This document shows, one piece after another, positions 38,645-47,809 of a DNA stretch of 64,000 nt. The translations under genes were made by a program, and so were the position numbers. The number at the start of each line of letters is the position of its first letter. Within the stretch, counting starts at the first letter, position 1. Where the stretch lies: contig CAIRUC010000111.1 in NCBI GenBank assembly GCA_903881665.1, forward strand, positions 4,815-68,814, given 5' to 3'. Origin of the DNA: an uncultured Bacteroidota bacterium (GTDB taxonomy: Bacteria; Bacteroidota; Bacteroidia; AKYH767-A; OLB10). Under the pieces are notes generated by a model, which saw only the letters and a program-made list of their open reading frames with translations, had not been told where the DNA came from and did not search any database.

Positions 38645-38920
38645 TAATATTTCTTTATCAATCTATAACATGAAACATGTAAAAGTGTTTAATTCATTAG
38701 GTTAAAATATTAAACAAATATTTATGCTTGGATTTAACCCATAAATAGTGGTGTTTTGTTGGGCAAATAATGAGGCTCATTCTAAATAAGCTATCTAAAA
38801 CATTGTATTACAGTAGTCTATAATTGCTAAGGACTTGAGTAGTGCATCAGATAAATACTTGCAATAGAGGTTAAGTTGTATGTACATTTGTTTAACAATT
38901 ATCGAAAAAGATTAAACAAA

Positions 38921-39448
38921 ATGACTCAAATCGAATTTAACCATAGAGTAAAGGATCAATATCGTCCATTACGTGGCTATGCTTTAAAACTGACTCAGGA
39001 TGCAGAAGATGCCAACGATTTGGTTCAGGAAACAATGTTAAAGGCTTTTAACAACCACGATAAGTTTGCCGATGGTACTAACTTGAAGGGATGGTTATAT
39101 ACGATCATGAAAAATATCTTCATCAATAATTACCGTAGAATGGTGAAGGGGAATATTTTCACCGACGATACCGAGAATCAGTTTTATATTAATCAATCGG
39201 TTTTTACGGCCAGCAATGAAGGTGAGCGTGCAATTTTAATGAAAGAGATGCACAAAGCCATTGAGGCCTTGAATGAAAATTTAAAGACTCCTTTTATGAT
39301 GAGCTACCATGGTTACAAATACGAAGAAATAGCTGATTATTTAGCGGTTCCTTTAGGAACAGTTAAGATACGAATTCACGTTGCGCGTCAGAAATTAAAA
39401 ATAAGTTTAAAAGATTACGGAACGCGTTATGGATTTTCGGTTGCTTAA
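38921..39448 (+). CDS. ECF-type RNA polymerase sigma-70 family factor
   Basis: Region 2 is DANDLVQETMLKAFNNHDKF...GWLYTIMKNIFINNYRR. Region 4 is YEEIADYLAVPLGTVKIRIHVARQKLK. The start was moved to MTQIEF because the track start is a TTG. Confidence 0.85.
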   Translation: MTQIEFNHRVKDQYRPLRGYALKLTQDAEDANDLVQETMLKAFNNHDKFADGTNLKGWLYTIMKNIFINNYRRMVKGNIFTDDTENQFYINQSVFTASNEGERAILMKEMHKAIEALNENLKTPFMMSYHGYKYEEIADYLAVPLGTVKIRIHVARQKLKISLKDYGTRYGFSVA

Positions 39449-39472
39449 AAATTATTTTAGATTTTAAGTATA

Positions 39473-39506
39473 AAAAAGGCTTTGCAGTTGTTTTGCAAAG
39501 CCTTTT
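39473..39506. terminator. Bidirectional rho-independent terminator between convergent genes
   Basis: A 12-bp stem aaaggctttgca/tgcaaagccttt is flanked by an A run on the 5' side and a T run on the 3' side. Confidence 0.8.
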
Positions 39507-39559
39507 ATTATAAGTAGCTACCTGTGAAAATCATTTTTTTTATTGTGTCATTGTAGAGC

Positions 39560-40570
39560 TTACAAATATTTTTTTTCGCCGTATTCTTCTTTATATATTT
39601 TCACCATTAACAAAAAATAACTAAGTAATAATGGTCCGAAAACAATGCCAGGAATACCGAACCAATTTAATCCGATTATCACTCCTAAAACAGTGACTAA
39701 AGGATGAACATCTGCAAATTTTTTCTGCAGCCAAAATCTGAAAACATTATCGATATTGGTAATTACGATCGCTCCATAAATCAAAATACCACTTCCTTGC
39801 CATGATGTGTTTGCGGTAAGCATGTAAATTCCAGCAGGAATCCATACCATAGCGGTTCCAACTACTGGTAAAAACGACATAAATCCGCAAATTACTCCCC
39901 AAAACCAAGGTTCATCGAGGCCAAATATCCAGAATCCTAGTCCTGCACATATTCCCTGAAGTATTGCCAGTAATGGAGCGCCCATCACATTCGAATTTAC
40001 CATCGACTCTAATTCGTTTGCAAATCGCTGAGTATTTTCGTCACTAACGGGAAGAAAATCTTGCAAGCTTTTTTCGGTTGAGCCCATATTGATTAGCAGG
40101 TAGTACAAAATAAAATACATCATTCCGATATCGGTAAGTACCGATGCAGTTGCGCCTAATAATTGAGGGATGATGGACGCTAATGTTTCCTGAATTTTTT
40201 TCAAACTATCATCCGATAAAATTTTTTGTCCGGTTTTGCGAAAAACAAAATCATCCATTTGATGAAGCCCTTGCATTACATCGCTTCCATGATTAACAAC
40301 GTAATAAACTTTCTCCGACATTAACTGATATAAGCCCCAAAAGGGCAATAAAATAGTAATAAACGAAAGAATCATTACCACTAAGGCAGACCATGATTTT
40401 TTCCATTTTCGTTTTATCAGAAGATTGCGCATCAATGGTTTAAGCATCACATAAAAGATGATGGCAGATAAAAAAGAAGTTAAAAAGCCACTTAGCGACC
40501 AAGCTAGAAATAGACCAAGTATAAGGATGACTGTGACGGCAGCAATTTGACGGTAACCAGAAATGTTCAT
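39560..40570 (-). CDS. AI-2E family (PerM/UPF0118) transporter
   Basis: 336 aa with about 8 TM helices. The conserved C-terminal half (...FLPVVGTAMVWIPAGIY..., ...GIPGIVFGPLLL) is present. Confidence 0.87.
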   Translation of the reverse strand: MNISGYRQIAAVTVILILGLFLAWSLSGFLTSFLSAIIFYVMLKPLMRNLLIKRKWKKSWSALVVMILSFITILLPFWGLYQLMSEKVYYVVNHGSDVMQGLHQMDDFVFRKTGQKILSDDSLKKIQETLASIIPQLLGATASVLTDIGMMYFILYYLLINMGSTEKSLQDFLPVSDENTQRFANELESMVNSNVMGAPLLAILQGICAGLGFWIFGLDEPWFWGVICGFMSFLPVVGTAMVWIPAGIYMLTANTSWQGSGILIYGAIVITNIDNVFRFWLQKKFADVHPLVTVLGVIIGLNWFGIPGIVFGPLLLSYFLLMVKIYKEEYGEKKYL

Positions 40571-40673
40571 AGTGTGTAGGCGTAAATCTGTGGTCCAAGT
40601 TAATCAATGTTTTGAACAATGAATGACCTCATAATTCGTTGTGTGCTTATGCTGCTGAATGGATCTGAAATAA

Positions 40674-40681
40674 TATCTTTG
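40674..40681 (+). promoter_or_regulatory. -7 box TATCTTTG upstream of the S41 peptidase gene
   Basis: Exact TAnnTTTG match, 28 nt before the ATG at 40709. This supports MKLKLFHRRSLIVLMLV as the true start. Confidence 0.4.
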
Positions 40682-40708
40682 AGCAGGGCAAACCCCCACC
40701 TTGCGAAT

Positions 40709-42415
40709 ATGAAGTTAAAACTCTTTCACCGTCGTAGTTTAATAGTGCTGATGTTAGTGCCTTTTTGCGTTTTATGCTGGGGCTTCGGCGAAGATTATTT
40801 TCAAATTGGAAAACAGCTCGAGTTGTTTGCCGATGTTTACCGAGAGGTAAACACTTATTATGTGGATGATATTAATCCTGGTAAGTTATTAAAGACGGGA
40901 GTCGATGGTATGTTAAAGACGCTCGATCCGTATACAAATTTCTATACCGAATCGGAAATTGAAGATTACCGTATTGAGCATGTGAGTGCTGATTACGGTG
41001 GAATAGGAGTAACCTCGTTTAGGGTAGGCGATAGCGTTATGATTTTTGATGTGTATGAAGGGTATGCTGCGCAGAAAGCAGATATCCGTGCCGGTGATGT
41101 TATTCTTAGCGCGAACGGACGATCACTCAAAGGACTTACTACTGATCAAGTAGATGAGTTAATGAAAGGTCAAAGCGGTACTTCTATAGCAATTACTTTA
41201 ACGCGTATCGGTGAGGCGCAACCGTTAGAGAAGAAATTAGTTCGTGAAGAAATAAAAGTAAAGAACGTTCCTTATTACGGAATGATTAACGATTCTACAG
41301 GTTATATCAAACTCGATAAATTTTTGCAGAATTGTTTTAGCGAAATGCATGATGCATTAGTTGATTTGAAAAAGACAAATCCAAATATGACATCATTGGT
41401 ATTCGATTTACGCGGTAATGGCGGAGGATTGTTAGAAGAGTCGGTGAGTATTTTGAATTTATTTATCGACAAAGGACAATTACTTGTAACGCAAAAAGGA
41501 AAGATTGCAGGATCAAATAATGTTTACGAAACGAAAGCAGAACCGATCGATAATAAAATTCGTGTTGCGGTATTAGTCGATAAAAATTCCGCATCGGCAA
41601 GTGAAATTACTGCCGGAAATTTTCAAGATGTAGATCGTGGTGTTGTAATAGGACAACGTAGTTATGGAAAAGGCTTAGTACAGCAAACACGTAACCTGAC
41701 CTATAACTATCAAATGAAACTCACCGTAGCAAAATATTTTACAGCCAGTGGAAGATGTGTGCAAACGAAAATTTATACTCATCATACCGATGAAGGTGGG
41801 TCATTTGAAGAAGTAGCAGACTCTTCGATTAAAGTATTTAAAACAAAAAACGGAAGAACAGTTTACGACGGAAGTGCTGTTTATCCTGATGTCATGGTCA
41901 ATGCAAAAGACACAGGCAATGTTGCGAAAAGTTTATATCGCAAATTGTTTATCTTCGATTATGCATCTTATTACAGAACCAAACATGCAACGATCGATTC
42001 AACCGGAGAATTTAAAATCAGTGAAGACGATTTTCGTGATTTCGTGAAATTCTTAGATGGTAAAAAATACGACTACAGCACACAAACAGAATTAGCCTTT
42101 GCTGATTTAGTAGAGACTACGAAGCATGATAAATATTATGCAAGTGCAGGGACAGAAATCGACCGACTGGGAGCTAAGTTAAAGCACAATAAATCGGAAG
42201 ATTTATTAGCATCCAAAGAAGAAATTAAAAAGATGCTTGCGAAGGAAATTGTTGGAAGATATTATTTCCAGAAAGGCCGCTATACATACATGATGAAAAA
42301 TGATGATGTATTATTACAGTCATTAAACGTACTATCGAATCCTACTTTGTATAATTCCATTTTAAAAGGAGAAGGGCAGTATAAGGTGATTGGGAAGCCT
42401 ACGTCGAAGAGATGA
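40709..42415 (+). CDS. S41 family C-terminal processing peptidase with a PDZ domain
   Basis: The PDZ region is GGIGVTSF...AAQKADIRAGDVILSANG. The catalytic region has DLRGNGGG and ASASEI...SYGKGLVQ (Ser/Lys dyad). Confidence 0.9.
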   Translation: MKLKLFHRRSLIVLMLVPFCVLCWGFGEDYFQIGKQLELFADVYREVNTYYVDDINPGKLLKTGVDGMLKTLDPYTNFYTESEIEDYRIEHVSADYGGIGVTSFRVGDSVMIFDVYEGYAAQKADIRAGDVILSANGRSLKGLTTDQVDELMKGQSGTSIAITLTRIGEAQPLEKKLVREEIKVKNVPYYGMINDSTGYIKLDKFLQNCFSEMHDALVDLKKTNPNMTSLVFDLRGNGGGLLEESVSILNLFIDKGQLLVTQKGKIAGSNNVYETKAEPIDNKIRVAVLVDKNSASASEITAGNFQDVDRGVVIGQRSYGKGLVQQTRNLTYNYQMKLTVAKYFTASGRCVQTKIYTHHTDEGGSFEEVADSSIKVFKTKNGRTVYDGSAVYPDVMVNAKDTGNVAKSLYRKLFIFDYASYYRTKHATIDSTGEFKISEDDFRDFVKFLDGKKYDYSTQTELAFADLVETTKHDKYYASAGTEIDRLGAKLKHNKSEDLLASKEEIKKMLAKEIVGRYYFQKGRYTYMMKNDDVLLQSLNVLSNPTLYNSILKGEGQYKVIGKPTSKR

Positions 42416-42471
42416 GAGAGTTTTAAGTGCGAGGATGAGGCATGCGTAAAAGTGTGATATTTCGGAGATAG

Positions 42472-42513
42472 TTTAGGGTTTAGGGTTTAGGGTTTAGTGT
42501 TTAGGGTTTACGG
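42472..42513 (+). repeat. Heptanucleotide tandem repeat (TTTAGGG)n: six units, four of them perfect
   Basis: Read directly as tttaggg tttaggg tttaggg tttagtg tttaggg tttacgg, running straight into ttGCGCGAAGCg. Confidence 0.95.
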
Positions 42514-42676
42514 TTGCGCGAAGCGAAAGGCGAGATTGTAATCGGGAATTAATTCAAGGGTTCGAGGCTTGCCCTAAAGTGTGCTTTTTCGGTACTAGTT
42601 GATTGTTCGAGGTTCGAAGTTGCGCGAAGCGATAAGCGCGATTGTAATCGGAAATTAAATAAAGTGTTTGAGGCTT
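42514..42676 (+). repeat. Two tandem ~85-100-nt units of the GCGAAGC repeat family
   Basis: Unit 1 is ttgcGCGAAGCgaaaggcgagattgtaatcgggaattaattcaagggttcgaggctt. Unit 2 is gttgcGCGAAGCgataagcgcgattgtaatcggaaattaaataaagtgtttgaggctt. The cores are at 42518-42524 and 42624-42630. Unit 2 is preceded by the heptads gttgatt gttcgag gttcgaa. Confidence 0.85.
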
Positions 42677-42730
42677 AAATTGACAGATATCTTCAAGGAG
42701 TAATTTTGTTCAGTTCTTCTTTATGAAAGT

Positions 42731-42768
42731 AAAAAAAAGAGGCTGCAAATTAAATTATGCAGCCTCTT
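42731..42768 (-). terminator. Rho-independent terminator of pheS
   Basis: On the minus strand a 9-bp stem gaggctgca/tgcagcctc is followed by a T8 run. Confidence 0.8.
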
Positions 42769-42786
42769 TAATAAATAAATATTCCT

Positions 42787-43830
42787 TCAATTCACTCCTT
42801 GAAAATGTCGTAAGAACCTGACATCATTTTCGGAGAAGATGCGTAAATCTTTTACGGTGTATTTTAGCATGGTGATACGTTCTATTCCCATGCCGAATGC
42901 AAATCCTGTATATTTCTTAGAGTCTATTTTGCAATTTTCAAGAACGGCAGGATCGATCATTCCGCATCCTAAAATTTCTACCCATCCTGTGTGTTTACAA
43001 ACGTTACAGCCTTCGCCTTTGCAGATGGTACAACTTATGTCCATTTCAGCAGAAGGTTCAGTGAAGGGGAAGTAAGAAGGGCGTAAACGGATTTTTGTAT
43101 CTGCTCCAAACATTTCTTGTGCGAAATACAAAAGGGTTTGTTTTAAGTCGGCGAACGATACTCCTTCGTCGATATAAAATCCTTCTACTTGATGGAAGAA
43201 ACAATGTGCGCGGGCTGAGATAGCTTCGTTGCGGTAAACGCGTCCCGGACAAATTGTTCGTACCGGTGGTTTTTCATTGTCGAGTACTCTAATTTGTACC
43301 GATGAAGTATGCGTACGCAACGCTAATTGCCCATTGTAATGTTCTTTATCGGGATCTAAGTTGATAAAGAATGTATCCTGCATATCACGCGCCGGATGTT
43401 CAGGCGGGAAGTTAAGCGCTGAGAAATTATGCCAATCATCTTCCACTTCAGGCCCATCACTAACGTTGAAGCCTATCCGAGAAAATATTCTGTTGATCTC
43501 ATTTCTCACAATCGTGATAGGATGGAAGCTACCCGGAGCTTTAGAAACGCCCGGTAATGTTAAGTCGCCAACAGCAGATGTATCGGCAGGCTGTTCTTCA
43601 AACTTCTCGCGAAAGAGATTTACTTTTTCTTCAGCTTTATTTTTCAGCTCATTCACTAAGCGGCCAAATTCTTTACGGTCTTCGGCAGCTACTTCTTTCA
43701 TCTGCGCAAATAAATCGCCCAGCACTCCTTTCTTTCCAAGGTATTGAACACGAAATTGCTCTAATTCATCCTTTATATTAGGCGTGAATCCGTCAATTTC
43801 GTTTATCAATGATTTAATCTTCTCGAACAT
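42787..43830 (-). CDS. pheS: Phenylalanine--tRNA ligase alpha subunit
   Basis: The class II motifs FRxE/GxGxGxxR are present (...PGRVYRNEAISARAH..., ...FAFGMGIERITMLKY). HPARDMQDTFF is also present. Confidence 0.97.
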   Translation of the reverse strand: MFEKIKSLINEIDGFTPNIKDELEQFRVQYLGKKGVLGDLFAQMKEVAAEDRKEFGRLVNELKNKAEEKVNLFREKFEEQPADTSAVGDLTLPGVSKAPGSFHPITIVRNEINRIFSRIGFNVSDGPEVEDDWHNFSALNFPPEHPARDMQDTFFINLDPDKEHYNGQLALRTHTSSVQIRVLDNEKPPVRTICPGRVYRNEAISARAHCFFHQVEGFYIDEGVSFADLKQTLLYFAQEMFGADTKIRLRPSYFPFTEPSAEMDISCTICKGEGCNVCKHTGWVEILGCGMIDPAVLENCKIDSKKYTGFAFGMGIERITMLKYTVKDLRIFSENDVRFLRHFQGVN

Positions 43831-43867
43831 TGTAATATTATTAAGCCGCGATGATTATCGCTGCAAA

Positions 43868-44557
43868 CTAGTTTTCTACTAATTTAATCGTCATACGAAT
43901 ATCCGTCAATGGACGGTCGCCGGGAGCTGTAGGCATAGCTGAAATTTTATCAATTACATCGAGTCCTTCTATTACTTCGCCAAATACGGTGTATTGTCCG
44001 TCGAGCCAAGGAGACCCACCAACTGTTGAGTAAGCTAATTTTTGAGCTTCTGTGAATTTCTTGCCCATGCGAGCTTCTGCGCTAGCTATTTCGTTAGCGT
44101 TCATCACACGACCTTGAACGATATAAAACTGGCAACCGCTTGAAGCCATTTCTGGATTATTATCGCGAGCTGCCGCTAGCACTCCTTTTTTATGGAATAA
44201 AGTTTCAACGAATTCGGCAGGGATACGGTATCCAACGTCGCCGCCGCCAAGCATTTGTCCCGGAGCTGCTTTTTTAGAGTCAGGGTCGCCTCCTTGAATC
44301 ATAAATCCTTTGATAACGCGATGAAACAATGTGCTATCATAAAAACCTTCGCCCGCCAATTTCACGAAATTGTCGCGGTGTTTAGGAGTTTGGTTATAAA
44401 GTTTGATCTTCATTTTACCGAGATCAGTGGTGATTTCCACCAGGTATTCCTTTTCCATCTTAGGGTTTTTATCTTTAGAATCAGTTTTTTGTGCAAATGC
44501 CGTTTGGCCCGCAAAAAGCAGGCAGATAAGACTAATTATCAGGCTTGTTTTCTTCAT
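43868..44557 (-). CDS. Cyclophilin-type peptidyl-prolyl cis-trans isomerase, secreted
   Basis: A signal peptide is present. FHRVIKGFMIQGGDP, GCQFYIV and YTVFGEVIEGLDVIDKI are cyclophilin signatures. Confidence 0.93.
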   Translation of the reverse strand: MKKTSLIISLICLLFAGQTAFAQKTDSKDKNPKMEKEYLVEITTDLGKMKIKLYNQTPKHRDNFVKLAGEGFYDSTLFHRVIKGFMIQGGDPDSKKAAPGQMLGGGDVGYRIPAEFVETLFHKKGVLAAARDNNPEMASSGCQFYIVQGRVMNANEIASAEARMGKKFTEAQKLAYSTVGGSPWLDGQYTVFGEVIEGLDVIDKISAMPTAPGDRPLTDIRMTIKLVEN

Positions 44558-44681
44558 AACAAGAATTGTTTATTTTTGGAGATGCAAGTTTACGGAAGTT
44601 TTCGACCTCCTATATGTGCAATTATAACTAAATTCGAACAATTTTACTTTAGAAAACGTATAAATATTAGAATTATTAACC

Positions 44682-45029
44682 ATGCTACGATACGCCTTCA
44701 TCCTATTTATTGCCGTTGCGGCAGTTACTGCTTCTTCTTGCAAAAAGACCAAGCCCTGTAAAGCTATTATTACTGTTGTTGACTCGCTTGGAGATCCTGT
44801 TGCAGGAGCTAAGGTGATTCTTCGTCAGGATAGCGTTGTAAATGCCCAAACGGGGGTACGTGCTGATCTTTACAAGGAGCAGTTCTCTGCCGGCACAGGA
44901 GAAGCTTTCTTCGAATTTGAGTGGGAGGCGGTATTAAATGTGGAGATTACGAAAGATGCTCGTACGTCGAAGGATTATATCCGCTTAGAGCAGTCGGAAG
45001 AAATTCGCAAAACAGTGGTTTTGAAATAA
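44682..45029 (+). CDS. Small lipoprotein with a carboxypeptidase-regulatory-like beta-sandwich
   Basis: The lipobox is ...AVTASSC. ITVVDSLGDPVAGAKVILRQD resembles CarboxypepD_reg-type strands. Confidence 0.55.
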   Translation: MLRYAFILFIAVAAVTASSCKKTKPCKAIITVVDSLGDPVAGAKVILRQDSVVNAQTGVRADLYKEQFSAGTGEAFFEFEWEAVLNVEITKDARTSKDYIRLEQSEEIRKTVVLK

Positions 45030-45049
45030 TAAGACCTTAAATAAAATAG

Positions 45050-45078
45050 AAAATCCCGCTTTTCGGCGGGATTTTTTT
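45050..45078. terminator. Bidirectional rho-independent terminator
   Basis: The stem is atcccgc/gcgggat with loop ttttcg, followed by T7 on the plus strand. An A/T-rich run on the other side serves the convergent 120-aa gene. Confidence 0.75.
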
Positions 45079-45439
45079 ATGGGGTAAAGACATCATGCTC
45101 TTTAAAATAATCAATCACACATTGCTTTAGCAGATAGTCTTGTTCGCCTAAGTTCATACGTGGAAGTTTTTGAATCATCTTCCAATGAGGCCATCCTTCG
45201 TCGTCAACTCCTTCGAGTTCATAGTAACCGAATTGGCTTAATAGTCGGCAGGTGGCGATATGCATCAAGTCTTGCTTTTCGTCTTTGGCAAATTTTTTTG
45301 CCCCTTGACCTAATTCTTGTATTCCGATAAGAAAAAGAACACCTTGTAAATCGACATCCGCATCAAAATGCGTACAGATTTTATAAAGTACAACTTCCCA
45401 CTCAGCTTTCAACTCTTCAATATTTCTGACGTGCAGCAT
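45077..45439 (-). CDS. Hypothetical cytoplasmic protein (120 aa)
   Basis: This is a clean ORF downstream of the gldH-like gene. I recognise no motif in it. Confidence 0.5.
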   Translation of the reverse strand: MLHVRNIEELKAEWEVVLYKICTHFDADVDLQGVLFLIGIQELGQGAKKFAKDEKQDLMHIATCRLLSQFGYYELEGVDDEGWPHWKMIQKLPRMNLGEQDYLLKQCVIDYFKEHDVFTP

Positions 45440-45535
45440 CTCTGAAAATTATTATTTTATACCGATGTTAGTGAACTAATAATTATGGATTCAAAATTTC
45501 ATTTATCAATCGGCATAATACCAATCGCTTATTTT

Positions 45536-46033
45536 TTATTTAGCAGGTATTACTTTTTCTATTCTCATGCCGGCATCCATAATACCTGGTAGCGGGTTTA
45601 ATCGCATCGCTTGAGAGATTTCAAAAGTATATTCACCTTTCTCGGGGAAAGTGACGTTTCGTTTAAATAAAATTTGATTATCCCAAATATCGCCAAGTCC
45701 TTTTCCTAACCATTTTCCTTCTTTCGTTGCCAACATAATTTCTACCGTATCACGATCGATTGATCCGCTCGGGAAACGCGTGTTGATAAAGAGGAAAATA
45801 TTGCTGTAGGGATAAGTCCCAGCATTTCTGAGATTCAGATACACATTGTAGCCATGAATAGTATCGGGTACCGTTGCTTGGAATTTAAATGTGTTTTCTG
45901 AATCCCACATTCCTTTGTCGATAGGCCTATTTTCCTCGAATAGGGTAGCGTTATCACAACTGCTCAGCAGTAGAATACTTGCACAAGCGGTTACTATAAA
46001 ATAGCGGAAGTGCATATTGAATGCGATTCTCAT
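45536..46033 (-). CDS. gldH: Gliding-motility-associated lipoprotein GldH-like
   Basis: The lipoprotein signal MHFRYFIVTACASILLLSSC is present (alternative start at 46015). YPYSNIFLFINTRFPSG and the ~160-aa size match my recollection of the GldH family. It lies immediately downstream of the PSP1/holB genes. The upstream part of the track ORF (to 46114) overlaps PSP1 and was trimmed. Confidence 0.65.
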   Translation of the reverse strand: MRIAFNMHFRYFIVTACASILLLSSCDNATLFEENRPIDKGMWDSENTFKFQATVPDTIHGYNVYLNLRNAGTYPYSNIFLFINTRFPSGSIDRDTVEIMLATKEGKWLGKGLGDIWDNQILFKRNVTFPEKGEYTFEISQAMRLNPLPGIMDAGMRIEKVIPAK

Positions 46034-46034
46034 T

Positions 46035-47741
46035 TTATGTATTCGGTTGTCCGTTACCGTTAGGCTCATCTTTGCGTTCAAATTTGCGTGGAGGGCGGTT
46101 GCTTTTTTGGGCATTTACATCTCCTGAGATAGGATTTGACGGAGCTGGTAAAGGAGTTGTATTTGTAGTAGGTGTCGTATTGGGAGCAGCGTTATTGGCG
46201 GACGGTATTCCGTCAGGGCGTTTCCGTTCAGGATGATTTCCAGAGGCTGGAGCCGAGTTTTGTTGGGGAGCCGGGTTGGGTACAGAAATAGGATTCGGCG
46301 TTATAGCCGGATTCGTATTTTGGGTATCAATTGGAGCGTTCGGTTGTTGACGTTGCGGGCGAGGTCCTTGCTTAGTATTAGGCTGAGCAGGCTGCTGTTG
46401 AGGGCGAGGCGCCTGACGTTGCTGTTCAGGTTTTGGTCCTTGCGGATTATTATTCCCCACTGGCTTCTGATCGTTTCGCGGATTTGGTTTTGGTCCTTGC
46501 GGCTTTGGTCCTTGTTGCTGACGATTTTGCTGTTGAGCAGGATTGGCGGCAGTGCCTTGTCCTTGAGGAAGAGGCTTACGTTCTTCGCCTGGTTTTTTCT
46601 TTTTCTTCTTTTTACGATCCATGCGGGTAAGGCTATCTTGGCCTACCACATCTTTATAATGCATGTCATCGTCATTATCATCTTCAAACTCGATCATCCC
46701 AGCATCATCCGGTTTCTGGCCACGTTTGTTTAGATCAATAATTTCCTTTACTCGTTCAACACTGATAGGCATCCAATTTTCGGGAACGAAATGAGTTCTT
46801 TCATCACCCTCACGAGGTTCTGGAATAGGATTATACCACATGATACGTTTGAAAATATCGGTCTTGCGGTGAACTAATGTGCCTTTTCCGGTTTGTAATC
46901 GGATACTAGATTCAGGAATGTCCTTTACGGCATCCATGTAAGTGTCAAGTTCGTAATTTAAACAACACTTAAGCTTTCCACATTGACCGGCTAACTTTAA
47001 TGGGTTAAGCGATAAATTTTGATAACGAGCTGCACTGGTACTTACGATTTTGAAGTCGGTGAGCCACGTAGAACAACAAAGTTCTCTTCCGCAGGAGCCG
47101 ATTCCGCCTAAGCGGGCAGCTTCCTGACGCATACCGATTTGACGCATTTCGATACGCACCTTAAACTCGTCGGCTAGGCGTTTGATTAACTCACGGAAAT
47201 CCACGCGATCATCAGCGGTATAAAAGAAAGTAGCTTTTTTGCCGTCACCTTGATACTCAACATCGCTTAGTTTCATTTTGAGGCCAAGTTCTAAAGCTAT
47301 CGTTCTAGAACGATGCATGGTGTTAAATTCCATGCCCTTCACTTCATTCCATTTATCTAAGTCCACCGGACGAGCAATGCGATATAACGCTTTGATTTCC
47401 GCGGAGTCGTCTTTTACATTTTTCTTTCTAAGTTGGAAGCGAACCAATTCGCCAACCATACTTACTTCTCCGATATCATGACCGGGGCTTCCTTCCACCG
47501 CTACGAAGTCGCCAACCTTTAATTCGAGGTTGTTGACATTCCGGTAAAACTCTTTACGACTGCCTTTAAAACGTACTTCCAAAAGATCGAAGGGTTTATG
47601 CCCTTCTGGAAGCACCATGTCTGACAGCCAGTTATAAACATTTAGTTTATTGCATCCTCCTGTACCGCAAGTTCCATTGCTGCGGCATCCAGAGGGAGTT
47701 CCCGTTGTAGTGTCGGTGGTAGAACATGAGCTGCATCCCAT
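46035..47741 (-). CDS. PSP1 domain protein (RicT/YaaT-like) with a long Pro/Gln/Asn-rich C-terminal extension
   Basis: The N-terminus is Cys-rich (MGCSSCS...GCRSNGTCGTGGCNKL). The PSP1 core is ...GSCGRELCCSTWL...GQCGKLKCCLNYE. The C-terminal ~200 aa are low complexity (KKKKKKKPGEERKPLPQGQG...QQPAQPNTKQGPRPQRQQ...). Confidence 0.88.
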   Translation of the reverse strand: MGCSSCSTTDTTTGTPSGCRSNGTCGTGGCNKLNVYNWLSDMVLPEGHKPFDLLEVRFKGSRKEFYRNVNNLELKVGDFVAVEGSPGHDIGEVSMVGELVRFQLRKKNVKDDSAEIKALYRIARPVDLDKWNEVKGMEFNTMHRSRTIALELGLKMKLSDVEYQGDGKKATFFYTADDRVDFRELIKRLADEFKVRIEMRQIGMRQEAARLGGIGSCGRELCCSTWLTDFKIVSTSAARYQNLSLNPLKLAGQCGKLKCCLNYELDTYMDAVKDIPESSIRLQTGKGTLVHRKTDIFKRIMWYNPIPEPREGDERTHFVPENWMPISVERVKEIIDLNKRGQKPDDAGMIEFEDDNDDDMHYKDVVGQDSLTRMDRKKKKKKKPGEERKPLPQGQGTAANPAQQQNRQQQGPKPQGPKPNPRNDQKPVGNNNPQGPKPEQQRQAPRPQQQPAQPNTKQGPRPQRQQPNAPIDTQNTNPAITPNPISVPNPAPQQNSAPASGNHPERKRPDGIPSANNAAPNTTPTTNTTPLPAPSNPISGDVNAQKSNRPPRKFERKDEPNGNGQPNT

Positions 47742-47809
47742 TTACTTCTTCATTTTTTATGTTCAAATACCACTAATAATTTTTAAAGATCGGTAATTTA
47801 CCCGAACTT

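Noticed and set aside
42472-42513. The TTTAGGG tract as evidence of eukaryotic (plant) contamination or a linear-chromosome end
   Set aside because: There are only six units. They are flanked on both sides, in continuous sequence, by typical bacterial genes (S41 peptidase and pheS). The tract occupies the same structural slot as other heptad repeats in a bacterial repeat family.
44255-44761. 168-aa plus-strand ORF, and the 74-aa and 60-aa ORFs nearby
   Set aside because: It is antisense to, or overlaps, the well-supported cyclophilin gene and its upstream region. Its composition is implausible and it runs into the start of the lipoprotein gene.
46233-46733. 166-aa plus-strand ORF (plus the 65-aa ORF at 46433-46630)
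   Set aside because: It is antisense to the low-complexity tail of the PSP1 gene. The Leu/Arg/Ser-rich product is a typical shadow ORF.
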